Source: an uncultured cyanobacterium (GTDB lineage Bacteria > Cyanobacteriota > Cyanobacteriia > Cyanobacteriales > CAWCAG01). Taken from it: a stretch of 64,000 nucleotides of DNA. The notes beneath the pieces are model-generated. The model was not told the DNA's origin. It made no database searches and saw only the letters and a list, made by a program, of their open reading frames with translations. The DNA lies in contig CAWDOD010000001.1 in assembly GCA_963803805.1 (NCBI GenBank), positions 64,001 to 128,000 of the forward strand, in the 5' to 3' direction. Below are positions 47,897 through 57,564 of the stretch, piece after piece. The first letter of the stretch is position 1. Each line of letters starts with the position of its first letter. The position numbers were made by a program, and so were the translations under genes.

Positions 47897-48487
47897 ATGA
47901 GTAATGAACCTATGAGTACGGATGTGGTTTTGGGTGGAGATGCTACCCAGGATGATTGGTTGGTTGAGACTTCGACTCAAAATGACTTAAGGAGTAAGAT
48001 TAGGAACTACTGTCTCAACTTCGAGACTAGGGGTATGGGGTTAAATAAACTGTGTGAGATTTCTTTAGAGTATTTGATGGAAAGCATTGAATATAGTGAT
48101 GTTCAAGGAGTACTTGAACAGAGTGATGTCTCACAGCGAGATGTTGACTGCTGGTTACACAATGGTTACGAATTGAATGTTAATTTCTTTGAAAATGTAG
48201 CTTATGAATCTAGCTTTTTGAGTGAGGATGCTTTCAATACTTTAAAGAGTAAGCTAGCTCGGTGGTGCGAGTACCTACCGGAAGAGAAGGGAATTGCGAT
48301 CGCTAAAAATCTTATTGGTTGGAAGGTATACTTTTTTGAAGAGAATGATTTTATTTGGGCGCTTCAAGAAAGTGTGGATACAAGTAGTAGCACGGGGGAT
48401 ATTAATTTTAGTGTGGGCAAGGAGAATGCAATGGCTTTAGAAGCGTTGCTGAAAGACAATGATATTCCTTATTCTACTGGGAGTTAA
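47897..48487 (+). CDS. Acidic hypothetical protein, paralog of 50554..51132
   Basis: Shared DWLV..., LCE.SL, EEKGI.IA..LI, KENAMALE.LLK...IPYS. Confidence 0.75.
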   Translation: MSNEPMSTDVVLGGDATQDDWLVETSTQNDLRSKIRNYCLNFETRGMGLNKLCEISLEYLMESIEYSDVQGVLEQSDVSQRDVDCWLHNGYELNVNFFENVAYESSFLSEDAFNTLKSKLARWCEYLPEEKGIAIAKNLIGWKVYFFEENDFIWALQESVDTSSSTGDINFSVGKENAMALEALLKDNDIPYSTGS

Positions 48488-48601
48488 GGGACTGTGGACT
48501 TATACAGTCTTGAAAATATCGCTACAGAGATGATAGGGGAGCAGAAGGTTTCTGTTCGGTTCCGGAATTGTCTCTGTAGTTTCCTTGCGGAAGCCTATGG
48601 A

Positions 48602-49938
48602 TTGACACTCCCCTGCCTAAAGGCGAGGGGATTCTTCCTTCATAGACCCAGCTTGTTTAGACAGGTTTTCACCAATCCAAATAGAGGCTAAATCTCCAGA
48701 AGCGTGAGTTCCCGTATGCCCTACGGTACTTAAGGCTCGATTCAGAATATTAATGGCTGCGTTATGGTCGCGGTCTAGAGTACATCCACACTGACACGTA
48801 TGTGTGCGAGTACTCAGAGATTTTTTGACCGTTGCACCACAACTAGAGCAATCTTGGGATGTGTAAGCCGGATTAACCGCAACGGTCGTCTTGCCGAATA
48901 CCTTCCCGTAGCGCTCTAGCCAAGTTCTGAACTGATACCAACCTACATCATTAATCGATTTAGCCAGACAGTGATTTTTAACCAAATTCCGAACTCTCAA
49001 GTCTTCATAAGCTACCAAATCGTTAGACTGGATTACGCACCGTGCCAATTTTACGGCATGGTCTTTACGTTGCCTACTTATCTTAAGATGCTGTCTACCG
49101 AGTCGATTAATCGCTTTTTTGCGGTTAGCAGAACCTTTCTTTTTGCGAGAAACCCGACGCTGATGAAACTTCGTGCGTTCCTCTCCTAAGCGATAGAATC
49201 TAGGGTTAGGAACTGTTTCGCTGTTGGAGTCGGTATAAAACTCCTTCAGTCCCACGTCTAACCCAATTGCCCGTCCACTTGGGTTGATGGACTCTTCCCG
49301 TTCTACTTTCACGCAGAACTGGACATAATAACCATCAGCACGACGAATAATGCGAACACGCTTAATAGAGTCGATATCGTAGAAGTGGAGGTCGTAACCA
49401 CCTTTGAGCTTGAGTTTACCAATTCCCTTCTTGTCGGTGAAACTGATGTGCTTTCGCTCCTCGGACAATTTCCAACCACTAACTTTGTACTCAACAGAGC
49501 GCGTGTTCTGCTTGAATTTCGGATAGCCTTTTTTACCTACTACTTTCAGTTTGCAGTTAGCGTAGAATCGTAAAATACTTGACCATGCACGCTCTACTGA
49601 GGTTTGGCAAGCGTGAGAATTTAGTTCTTTGACAAAAGAAAACTCGGTTCTAAGTTTGGTGTTGTAGCGAAAAATCTCTTTTTTGCCAATGTTGTGATTA
49701 TCCATCCAATATCGTAGACATTTGTTCCGAACAAACTGTGCGGTACGAATAGCTTCTAGGATTGCTGAAGATTGCTGTGGGTTGGGGTAGGCTTTAAATT
49801 CTAAGACTATCACTCTTGATCAACCTGTTTATCGCGCTTCAGATTGATTCTACAATATCACCGCCTCAAACTTCCACTCTATCTGACCAACCCTCAAAGT
49901 CCCCCTAGAAGGGGGAGGCTTGAAACCCATTATCTTTG
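48602..49938 (-). mobile_element. Non-autonomous IS200/IS605-family (IS1341-like) element, tnpB only
   Basis: Right end ...GAATCCCCTCGCCTTTAGGCAGGGGAGTGTCAA with hairpin; left-end hairpin CCCCCTTCTAGGGGG; target motif TTGAC adjacent; no TSD. Confidence 0.88.
48617..49813 (-). CDS. tnpB: RNA-guided endonuclease TnpB
   Basis: N-terminal HTH, RuvC GLDVG / AYEDL / DRDHNAA, CSSC..CQCG zinc finger. Confidence 0.95.
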   Translation of the reverse strand: MIVLEFKAYPNPQQSSAILEAIRTAQFVRNKCLRYWMDNHNIGKKEIFRYNTKLRTEFSFVKELNSHACQTSVERAWSSILRFYANCKLKVVGKKGYPKFKQNTRSVEYKVSGWKLSEERKHISFTDKKGIGKLKLKGGYDLHFYDIDSIKRVRIIRRADGYYVQFCVKVEREESINPSGRAIGLDVGLKEFYTDSNSETVPNPRFYRLGEERTKFHQRRVSRKKKGSANRKKAINRLGRQHLKISRQRKDHAVKLARCVIQSNDLVAYEDLRVRNLVKNHCLAKSINDVGWYQFRTWLERYGKVFGKTTVAVNPAYTSQDCSSCGATVKKSLSTRTHTCQCGCTLDRDHNAAINILNRALSTVGHTGTHASGDLASIWIGENLSKQAGSMKEESPRL

Positions 49939-50553
49939 GTCAAGCAGCGCTGGACAAAAGCAGAGGGAGAACTAGCAGTTAGGGAAACAGTTGCTGCCGC
50001 CGCTTACTTAGCCTCCCAAAGGGAAAGCATTTATCCCTTTCGTCCGTTACTTGGATGTCAAGGCGTGGATACCGAGCAATATAAACGTTGTGTAGCAGAA
50101 GTACTTAATCATGCTCAAAGTACTGATGTGATTGGGCTTGGGGGATGGTGTATTCTAGGTCGTAAGAAAAGCTATTTACCTGTATTTGAGGAAACTACTA
50201 GGGAAGTAATTCCTATGATTGCTGAAGCGGGTTGTACTCAAGTACATATTTTCGGCGTAACTTGGTACAAGCCGTCTCCAGGATTCCCTGTACCTCCGCT
50301 CCAGAGGTTACTGCATGAGTGTGACAAATTTGGTATTTCGGCATCTACAGATGGTACTTCCCCTATAGGAAGTGCTTTGTGGAAGAATATTAAGAAATCG
50401 GGGGCAGATTTTAACTATTGGAGACATAATTTGGCTTGGGTTAAGGCCAAATTAGCTACTTTAAGAGAGTCTTCAGAGTATCAGAAGTGTAGCAAAGAAG
50501 ACTATATTAGTAAGCAATTACGCTTGTTTTAAAAAATCAATAGGGGAGTTATT

Positions 50554-51132
50554 ATGAGCAACACGTCAACGAACGATTGGCTTGTTAGCGACTCATCTCA
50601 AGACAGTTTGAAAAAAAAGATTGAAGGCTATTGTGGTGATTTTGAAGTGGTCAGTTTAGCTTTAGATAAATTGTGCGAACTTTCGTTAATTTGGTTAGTA
50701 AGTAATGCCAACGAAGCTACTATTCCAGCAGCAGTTGCGGTGGGTTGTATTCCTTACCCAGATATAGATACTAATAATGGCCAGAATAACACGGGGGAAG
50801 ATATTATTTTGCTTGGTGTTGAAAATCTTCCTTTATTTAAAGATGTTGAGTATAAGCCTAGTCTTTTAAATAAGGGAGCTTTTGAGGATTTAAAGAATTT
50901 GTTAAGTGATTGGCGCGACGATCTTTCGGAGGAAGAAGGAATTAGGATAGCTAGGCATCTCATTTGTTTATTAGTAGATTCGTTGGACGAGGATCAGTTT
51001 CTAAATGTGCTTCAAGATAATGTAAATGTAGCTAGTGAGGGAAGCGAGGTTACTTTTGGCATTGCCAAGGAAAACGCTATGGCTTTAGAATCACTCCTAA
51101 AAGAGTGGGAAATACCTTACTCCGTTATGTAA
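50554..51132 (+). CDS. Acidic hypothetical protein, paralog of 47897..48487
   Basis: See paralog; RBS GGGGAG. Confidence 0.75.
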   Translation: MSNTSTNDWLVSDSSQDSLKKKIEGYCGDFEVVSLALDKLCELSLIWLVSNANEATIPAAVAVGCIPYPDIDTNNGQNNTGEDIILLGVENLPLFKDVEYKPSLLNKGAFEDLKNLLSDWRDDLSEEEGIRIARHLICLLVDSLDEDQFLNVLQDNVNVASEGSEVTFGIAKENAMALESLLKEWEIPYSVM

Positions 51133-51178
51133 TTTTCTTGAAACAAAATATACTCTACTCTATCTTGCAGCTTTTTGG

Positions 51179-51685
51179 TTATGTCCTCTTTCTTCCTTCA
51201 GGGCTAATAACATCTTCAGTTAATAATCGTTTACGAACTTTAGCAACCGTAACATCGGAAACGAAGCCTAACTCTTTTGCGATCGCACGGTTGCTTTTAT
51301 TACTCATCTCGCCACGTAGAGCTTGTTCTACTCTCTTGGCTTTTTCTTCATAGACTTCTTTTTTTAGGAGTGTAAGTAGTTCACACTTCTGCTCAAAGTT
51401 TAAAGAGTTGATTATTGCATTTAGGTATTGTTTTGCTGGTACTTCCTCTTGGGTTGTGTCGGCTGTTTTTTCTTCTTCCTTGATTAGCCAAGCTGGTTTA
51501 CCAACGACATATAATTTTGATTTACTACGGGTTAAAGCTACATACAGAAGATTATCTTCCTGTTGCCGTTGCCATTGCGTTTGGTTCCGCCAAGTTAGAG
51601 GGAGGTCGTTGGCTTGGAGTATGAAAATACGCTCTCCTTCTAAACCTTTGGCTCTATGTACTGTAGAGAGAGTTACGGTGGGCAA
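51179..51685 (-). pseudogene. UvrD/SF1 helicase C-terminal remnant fused to an HTH
   Basis: VTLSTVHRAKGLE and NLLYVALTRSK (motifs V and VI) only; SNRAIAKELGFVSDVTVAKVR HTH. Confidence 0.7.
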
Positions 51686-52047
51686 TTAAATCTAATTTTT
51701 GAGCAATCTTTTTGTATTTCTTACTATCAACTAAATTATAAGTATTTCTTAGCTTTAAATATTACTTAGTTAGTTGCCATCCAGCACTGTGGAGAGTGGA
51801 AATTGAACTTTTCCATTCTATGCCAAATTTCCTTACTAAATCTTGAGAGTTAGCCTTGCCAAAAACAATAATTTTAATTCTGCTATACTTTGTATCATTG
51901 CTTTTCAGAGCTTTTGCTATCATCTCTAAAGTAGTACTTTTACCACTTCCTGCTACAGCATTACAAATAGCATTTCCTTAGAATCTTCCTACAGTGTAGC
52001 CTAACTGAAATTGAACTCTTTTATTGTTAGTATAAAAGCCAAAGAAA

Positions 52048-52395
52048 ATGAATAGCAACGACGATAACCCCTTTGTCAATGGTAATTGTCCCTATGGAGG
52101 GAATTGCATTGACAATGCTTCACCTCCTGATTGCGCCATCAATAACTACTGCTTTAACTTTAAGTCTCCCCAGGAGAAAACAGACTGGGAAAAAGACTAC
52201 TTAAGCTATTCGTATTATGCCTCTTACGGCGGATTCAAATTTGGAGGTAGCACTCCAGAGGAATCCCAAGATAAAGCTTATAGCTACTATAAGTCAAGCA
52301 CTCCAGTAAGTGAAAGAGATGGAGAGCCAGAGATCAAAGTGTTCACAAGTGAAGGTAAGCAAATTGAAAAAAAGGTAATTTGGGGAAGAGACTAA
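52048..52395 (+). CDS. Hypothetical protein with Cys-rich N-terminus
   Basis: 115 aa; CPYGGNC...C....C. Confidence 0.6.
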   Translation: MNSNDDNPFVNGNCPYGGNCIDNASPPDCAINNYCFNFKSPQEKTDWEKDYLSYSYYASYGGFKFGGSTPEESQDKAYSYYKSSTPVSERDGEPEIKVFTSEGKQIEKKVIWGRD

Positions 52396-52439
52396 ATTAG
52401 TAACTTTTCTCTTTCCTTCATCTTCATTGTGTATAAAGT

Positions 52440-52471
52440 TCAAGACACCGGATATTCCTCCGGTGTCTTGA
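52440..52471. terminator. Bidirectional terminator-like hairpin
   Basis: TCAAGACACCGGA-tattcc-TCCGGTGTCTTGA between convergent genes. Confidence 0.75.
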
Positions 52472-52495
52472 TTTGATAGTAAGTTTGTAGATTAA

Positions 52496-53485
52496 TCAGC
52501 TAGGGCCGTCACTTTCTCCGTAGGCTCCTAATGGTAGTTCCCAGTTGTCAACTTTGATGTCGTAGTGAAGATCCCAATCAGGATCTCTTAGCTCTTTGAT
52601 TATTTCTGGTGTTAGTCCGGCATAGGGTATTCCAGAATTTGCGATCGCAGCAATACTGGTTTTTACTCCTTTGCTACTAGGTGGTTTGATAGTTTGGCTA
52701 CTTCCTTCTTCTTTCCGAGCTATTGCTTCAAAGCGCTCTGGCATTGCCTTCTTAGCACTGGCAAACTGGTTTTTATTGCCGAAGATACAGAAGGCACAAC
52801 TTAGTCTTGCAAAGCCTGCTCTGTAAGCCGGGGAAGGGTTTATTTTGTATAGTTCTATCATGAACCATACCTGTTGCTCCTTCCACTTGTGTATAGGTCG
52901 CCATCTGTCTACGTGGCGAAGTAGTTTGGGGTTATTGCGACAATCGCTTTCATGGGGTTCTAGCTCTTGGTATTTAGCTCTTGCAGTAGATTCTTCGGCT
53001 CTTTCTCCAGAGATTACTAGGGTTCTGGAGTTATTAAATCTAGGTTGGTTGACGATTGCAGTCTTAGCAACACATATCTTCAGGATAGCGCTGCACCATC
53101 TTCCTTTGTTGATATTTCCTAGAGCAGGGAAGATACCGCGAGTTAGCCCCTTGCCTCTATTACCTCCTGCTTTTGTAAGCCCTATGGGAGTCTCGAAGTA
53201 GGTAGGTAGGCTTTTTTCATTATTTCTCTCTAATTCTCTTTTAAATCCCCCTTCTTTCCAGGAGAAGTAGATGGGGATATCGAAGTGCTTGGCTACCGCT
53301 CTACAGTAGCCTATGGCATGGGGCCAATCCATAAACTCCTCAGACTTACCATCGACAAGGTGATGCCAAATTTCTATTTTCTCCTTGGGAACTCCCAGGA
53401 ATAGCAGGTATAGAAGGGATGCAAGGCTATCTTTGCCCCCTGAGAAGAATACTATGTAGCGGTCGTAGTTTAGATAGTCTTGCAT
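52496..53485 (-). CDS. PAPS reductase family (PP-loop, Fe-S) protein
   Basis: FSGGKDS, RWCSAILK, GERAEESTARA, RLSCAFCIF. Confidence 0.88.
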   Translation of the reverse strand: MQDYLNYDRYIVFFSGGKDSLASLLYLLFLGVPKEKIEIWHHLVDGKSEEFMDWPHAIGYCRAVAKHFDIPIYFSWKEGGFKRELERNNEKSLPTYFETPIGLTKAGGNRGKGLTRGIFPALGNINKGRWCSAILKICVAKTAIVNQPRFNNSRTLVISGERAEESTARAKYQELEPHESDCRNNPKLLRHVDRWRPIHKWKEQQVWFMIELYKINPSPAYRAGFARLSCAFCIFGNKNQFASAKKAMPERFEAIARKEEGSSQTIKPPSSKGVKTSIAAIANSGIPYAGLTPEIIKELRDPDWDLHYDIKVDNWELPLGAYGESDGPS

Positions 53486-53709
53486 TTGTTACAAAGCTGA
53501 ATGTTGTTTTTATATGCAATTTGTTGCGTATAGCTATGTTATAGTATATGATTGAGAAATGCAAGGTTTTTTCGCTTTTTTCTGAAACTGTTGCAATTAC
53601 TACAATATAGATAAGGCAGGAGTTTGCATAGAATATTAATCTTGGTATTGCACGAATATTTCATGGTAGGATACAAGTGCAATGAGCAGTTGTCCATCTA
53701 GAAGAAATT

Positions 53710-54462
53710 ATGAGTATTATCAAACAGATTGTAGGTGAAGAAGCTTACAACAATGCTCCTGATGACAATGTTTGGGAAGAGGAGAAAACAAGTCAGCAGG
53801 AGAGAGTGGAGGAATTGCAGTTGGAGTTGTTTAAATTTTTACCACCCACATTGTCTAAAGATTTACCTGGAAAGCAAGCCTTAAGCAATGCTCCGTTGTT
53901 TAAGGATTTACCTACTGCAAGGTATTCCTGCATTGTTGTAGATCCGCCTTGGTTCTACAGGCTAAGGAATAAAGATAAAAGTCACCGTAATAAAATACCT
54001 TATCCACCAATGGCTATTGAGGATATTCTCAAGCTACCAGTCCCTGATCTCTGTAGCGAACAGGGGACAGTACTTTGGTTATGGTTTACTAACAACCATA
54101 TGATTGAAGCTGGACGTTGTATAGAGGAGTGGGGATTCACTCTCAAAACTATACTCACTTGGGAAAAAATTTCCCAGTCTGGTAAAACCCGAATAGGGAC
54201 GGGTCATTGGCTAAGGAATGCTACAGAGCATTGTGTTTTAGCAACCAAGGGTAAAGTTCCCAGTTTTTCTCACCTCCGGAAGCTGACTAATCAGCCGACG
54301 ATCCTACACGCTCTAAGACGTGAGCATTCTAGGAAACCAGAGAAGTTTTTTACTTTAGTCGAGGGACTTTGTGAAGGGCCAAGACTGGAAATGTTTGCTA
54401 GGGAGAAGCGTCCAGGGTGGGATGCTTGGGGGAATGAAACGGAGAAATTTGAATGCCTATAA
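53710..54462 (+). CDS. MT-A70 family N6-adenine methyltransferase
   Basis: VVDPPW, LWLWFTN, GTGHWLRNATEH, REHSRKP, LEMFAR..GWDAWGNE. Confidence 0.9.
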   Translation: MSIIKQIVGEEAYNNAPDDNVWEEEKTSQQERVEELQLELFKFLPPTLSKDLPGKQALSNAPLFKDLPTARYSCIVVDPPWFYRLRNKDKSHRNKIPYPPMAIEDILKLPVPDLCSEQGTVLWLWFTNNHMIEAGRCIEEWGFTLKTILTWEKISQSGKTRIGTGHWLRNATEHCVLATKGKVPSFSHLRKLTNQPTILHALRREHSRKPEKFFTLVEGLCEGPRLEMFAREKRPGWDAWGNETEKFECL

Positions 54463-54884
54463 TCATTAGAAAATATAACCCAACACTTTTAAATACTCCT
54501 GGAGTAATTTATTGTGCTAGGAAGAGTCAGGATTTAGGTTTAGGAAATCCTTTTTCTCATTTAAAAAATAGTAGAGCCAAGTTTCAGGTTAATACTTTAG
54601 AGGAATCTCTTAAGGAATATAGGAGATGGTTGTGGAAGCTTATCAAGTTTTTTGAAGGTGGGCAAGTACAACTAGAAAGCTGGGAGCAGTTATATTTGAA
54701 TAGAGTTGTCAACTTAGCGAAGGAAATTAGAGAAGGCAAAGTTGATACTTTGGTTTGTTTTTGCGTTAACAAAAGCAACTATAATTACGATAAGTATTCT
54801 GTTAAACAATGCCATACAGAAATACTGTATGGAGCTTGCTGTTACTTACAACGTAAAGGAGATGAAATAAAGTTAGACAAGTAA
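54453..54884 (+). CDS. DUF4326-like protein
   Basis: VIYCAR..LGNPF...YRRWL...LVCFC...CHTEIL. Confidence 0.7.
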   Translation: MPIIIRKYNPTLLNTPGVIYCARKSQDLGLGNPFSHLKNSRAKFQVNTLEESLKEYRRWLWKLIKFFEGGQVQLESWEQLYLNRVVNLAKEIREGKVDTLVCFCVNKSNYNYDKYSVKQCHTEILYGACCYLQRKGDEIKLDK

Positions 54885-54946
54885 CAGAAGCATAAACAGA
54901 AAACTGATTTTTTGATAAAATTAAACAACAACTACTTACTTAGAAA

Positions 54947-55486
54947 ATGGGACATAGACTTGATAACTGGTTACAAGAATTAAATAGTGAAGCGGCAGCA
55001 GACGAATATGATGTCTTGTGTCGCTCTTTGCGAAGGAAAAAAGGCTTTGGTCTATTTTTTGTGCAGTGTAACTCAGAGGAAAGAAAAAGCATTGAAGAAA
55101 GCTTGCATCTAGATATTCAGGATAAAGAAATTGCTGTTTTAAACCTTACTAAACCTATTAATAGCCTCTATGATGAAGTTGAAGCAGTTTCTGGTATAGA
55201 TGAAGCTAATATCTTGTTCATTTCTGGATTAGAATATTCTTTTTGTGAATATGAAAAATCTGTTTATGAAGGTAGCTTTTCTGATGGTAAGAAGGAGCTT
55301 TCTCACGATTGGCGAGGTGTTCCTCGCTTTCTAGGTCATCTGAACTTACAAAGGGATAGATTTCGAGAAGACTTTGATCTTTCTTTTGTTTTCTTTCTTG
55401 ACCCTTCTAGCATTGACTATTTTATTAGACGCGCTCCTGATTTATTTGATTGGAGAAATGGTCTTTATCGGTTTGGTTCTACTTAG
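54947..55486 (+). CDS. Stand-alone inactive NTPase-like domain normally N-terminal to cyanobacterial TPR proteins
   Basis: GFGLFFVQC, ILFISGLE, HLNLQRDRFREDF, FIRRAPDLFDWR; stops straight after the domain. Confidence 0.6.
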   Translation: MGHRLDNWLQELNSEAAADEYDVLCRSLRRKKGFGLFFVQCNSEERKSIEESLHLDIQDKEIAVLNLTKPINSLYDEVEAVSGIDEANILFISGLEYSFCEYEKSVYEGSFSDGKKELSHDWRGVPRFLGHLNLQRDRFREDFDLSFVFFLDPSSIDYFIRRAPDLFDWRNGLYRFGST

Positions 55487-55517
55487 AATATTTCATTTTT
55501 TGTCAAGGTCTAGGTAA

Positions 55518-56033
55518 TTGAAATCATTTTTCTTTGATGAGACTATGACTTTAAAGGTACTTTTACTATCAGTGCATCCAGAACATTCAAATAATATATT
55601 TAATGGCTCTAAGTCAGTTGAGTTGAGGCGCACTAAACCCAAACTTGAAGAAAGAGATATTATAATTGTTTACGCTTCTTCTCCTAAGAAATCGATTGTT
55701 GGTATTGTAACTGTAAAAGAAGTTGTTAGAAAGCCAGTAGAGCAGCTTTGGTTAGATGTTGAAGATAAAGCTGGTATTTCTTATGAGAAATTCACGAATT
55801 ATTTTTCTGGACGTTCTACTGGTTGTGGTATTTTTTTGCATAAAAGGTTTCGATGTCTACAGACTATTAGCCTTGAAGAATTACGCCAAAACTGGGATAA
55901 CTTTCATCCTCCCCAAAGTTATCGTTATTTGAAACCGGATGAGATAGAAATTTTTAAGGAGAAGTTTGATTGTGATGTTTACAAAATTTGTCAGCAGAGC
56001 CAAACTTTTTTGAGTTCTACTCAAAGCAAATGA
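55518..56033 (+). CDS. ASCH domain protein (likely start 55545)
   Basis: LLSVHPEH..IFNGSKSVELRR, VYASSP, FHPPQSYRY. Confidence 0.85.
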   Translation: MKSFFFDETMTLKVLLLSVHPEHSNNIFNGSKSVELRRTKPKLEERDIIIVYASSPKKSIVGIVTVKEVVRKPVEQLWLDVEDKAGISYEKFTNYFSGRSTGCGIFLHKRFRCLQTISLEELRQNWDNFHPPQSYRYLKPDEIEIFKEKFDCDVYKICQQSQTFLSSTQSK

Positions 56034-56117
56034 AAAGTCAGATGTAGTTAGATTTTCACGGAAATACTCGGTTTAAGTCTAATATGCGATCGCTAACCTT
56101 CCAAGTTATGTTTAAAC

Positions 56118-56855
56118 TTAAGGCAGAGATTCACAAGCAATACCATCTTGATCACGATCTAGCTGGTGAGGGTCGCTGGGGTCAGAATCTAGTAGGGACT
56201 GCGCTTCTGCTTTGCTACCGAAGTCGGAACAGTTATAGTCGTTGTTAGGGTTAGATTCTACTGTTGAATCTGGAATCGTTTTATCTTCTGTGTTAGATTT
56301 TTGCTTGCGAAAGTCCCAAGGCATAGTGGGATTATCTTGATTCCAAAAAGCAAGTTTTTGCTCTTGGGCTTTAGTCTCAGCGTCCAAATAGAGTTGTTGA
56401 GTATCGCTGCAACTATTAAGGTACTGTCGATAAACGACTGCCTGCCCTTCTTCAACCATTTGCAGGTTAATAGACTTAGTACCAACATAAACTTCAGCTA
56501 CGGTACGACCATAGCGGTCTTGTTCTATTTCTCGTAGTTTTACAACTTGTCCTTTGGGTAAAAGTTCTTGGAGCCTATCTCGTGATTGACTTCCCCAAGG
56601 AGACTGGGTAGTTTCAGGAGCATCTATACAAGCGAGTCTTATGGTCGTATTTTCCCCTTCGAGATTAACTCGGAGGGTATCTCCATCTCCAGTGCTGATT
56701 ACTGTAGCTTCGAGTAGATTAGATGTCTCTAAAGGTAAGGGGCTTTGTGAGGGTTGTGGGGGGTTTTGCTCTTGGGATGTATTTGTAGAGTTGCTTGAAG
56801 ACTGACATCCAAGCATAAGTAAAAGAAGTGGTAAGAGCAAAAAAGTTTTTCTCAT
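56118..56855 (-). CDS. Thermonuclease (SNase) lipoprotein with Excalibur domain
   Basis: Lipobox [29 protein letters not shown]...[11 protein letters not shown]. Confidence 0.92.
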   Translation of the reverse strand: MRKTFLLLPLLLLMLGCQSSSNSTNTSQEQNPPQPSQSPLPLETSNLLEATVISTGDGDTLRVNLEGENTTIRLACIDAPETTQSPWGSQSRDRLQELLPKGQVVKLREIEQDRYGRTVAEVYVGTKSINLQMVEEGQAVVYRQYLNSCSDTQQLYLDAETKAQEQKLAFWNQDNPTMPWDFRKQKSNTEDKTIPDSTVESNPNNDYNCSDFGSKAEAQSLLDSDPSDPHQLDRDQDGIACESLP

Positions 56856-57124
56856 AAGGTTAACTGTAGTCAGAATCTTCTTTTGGGGTGAAGGAAAAAT
56901 TACCCCACCTCCTTTATTATTTCATCAAAAGCTTCACGTACAAGGCATCAAAGGTTTGGGCTGGTTTGATAACTGTAACTAATTCAGCAAGACAGCGATC
57001 GCAACTCTTGTGTGAATTAGTAAAGGTGTTTTCGCAGAAGAATCTTGCCCTACCAGGGTGTAGTTGTGTAAGCTCATTTTCTCAACCAAGACATTAAGAT
57101 ACTTTCAACTAAAGCGAAGACTTC

Positions 57125-57337
57125 TCAAATAAGCAGCTGCTGGCAAGGAATATTATCTGCAATGGTAGATGTTACATAAGCATCTTTTATAAGAATGCTG
57201 TCTTCTGGTGAAGCATCAAACTCGATTGAACTGCCAGGTGAAAGAAATCTTTCTAAGCCAACAATCACAACGATCTGAAAAGCATTCGTAGTGTTTTCAT
57301 AGCGGCAACGTAATTGTTCCATTGTGCTATCCCTCAT
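57125..57337 (-). CDS. DUF1830-like small protein
   Basis: CRYENTTNAFQIV...LERFLSPG..IEFDA...IADNIPCQQL. Confidence 0.65.
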   Translation of the reverse strand: MRDSTMEQLRCRYENTTNAFQIVVIVGLERFLSPGSSIEFDASPEDSILIKDAYVTSTIADNIPCQQLLI

Positions 57338-57436
57338 AAGTAAGGTTAAATGACATTACATTTATCCTCACTCATTGCTGTAGCACTTACTGCTTTAGTT
57401 GCTTTAGGACTTAGACGATGCTGTTTAGGCTAACAA

Positions 57437-57495
57437 GTCTGACTTTCTTCTACTGTCTGACTTAGTGTCTGTCTTTATTCTTGCCCGCCTGACTT
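57437..57495. repeat. Four 9-bp direct repeats in a divergent promoter
   Basis: G(T/C)CTG(A/T)CTT at 57437, 57455, 57467, 57487. Confidence 0.55.
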
Positions 57496-57564
57496 ACACA
57501 GAGATTGTTAATATCGAGAAAAAATCTAGTAACATTAAACGAACAACATTTGGATGCTTAAGAT

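Larger units (their letters stand above)
48494..50532 (+). pseudogene. TGT/DpdA-like (tRNA-guanine transglycosylase fold) gene interrupted by an IS
   Basis: 5' part 48494-48601 and 3' part 49939-50532 join in frame (AYG|VKQRW); CQG, IGLGG, VHIFGV, STDGTSP motifs. Confidence 0.6.

Noticed and set aside
48494-48691. 65-aa ORF as a real gene
   Set aside because: Chimera of the interrupted gene 5' end and IS right-end sequence
44423-53485. Complete Ssp/Dnd phosphorothioation or Dpd system
   Set aside because: Required partners (SspC/DndD ATPase, DpdB/C, queCDE/folE) are not in the window and the genes are not in one operon
53500-53690. Several TGCA-containing motifs in the divergent promoter
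   Set aside because: Too short and irregularly spaced to distinguish from chance
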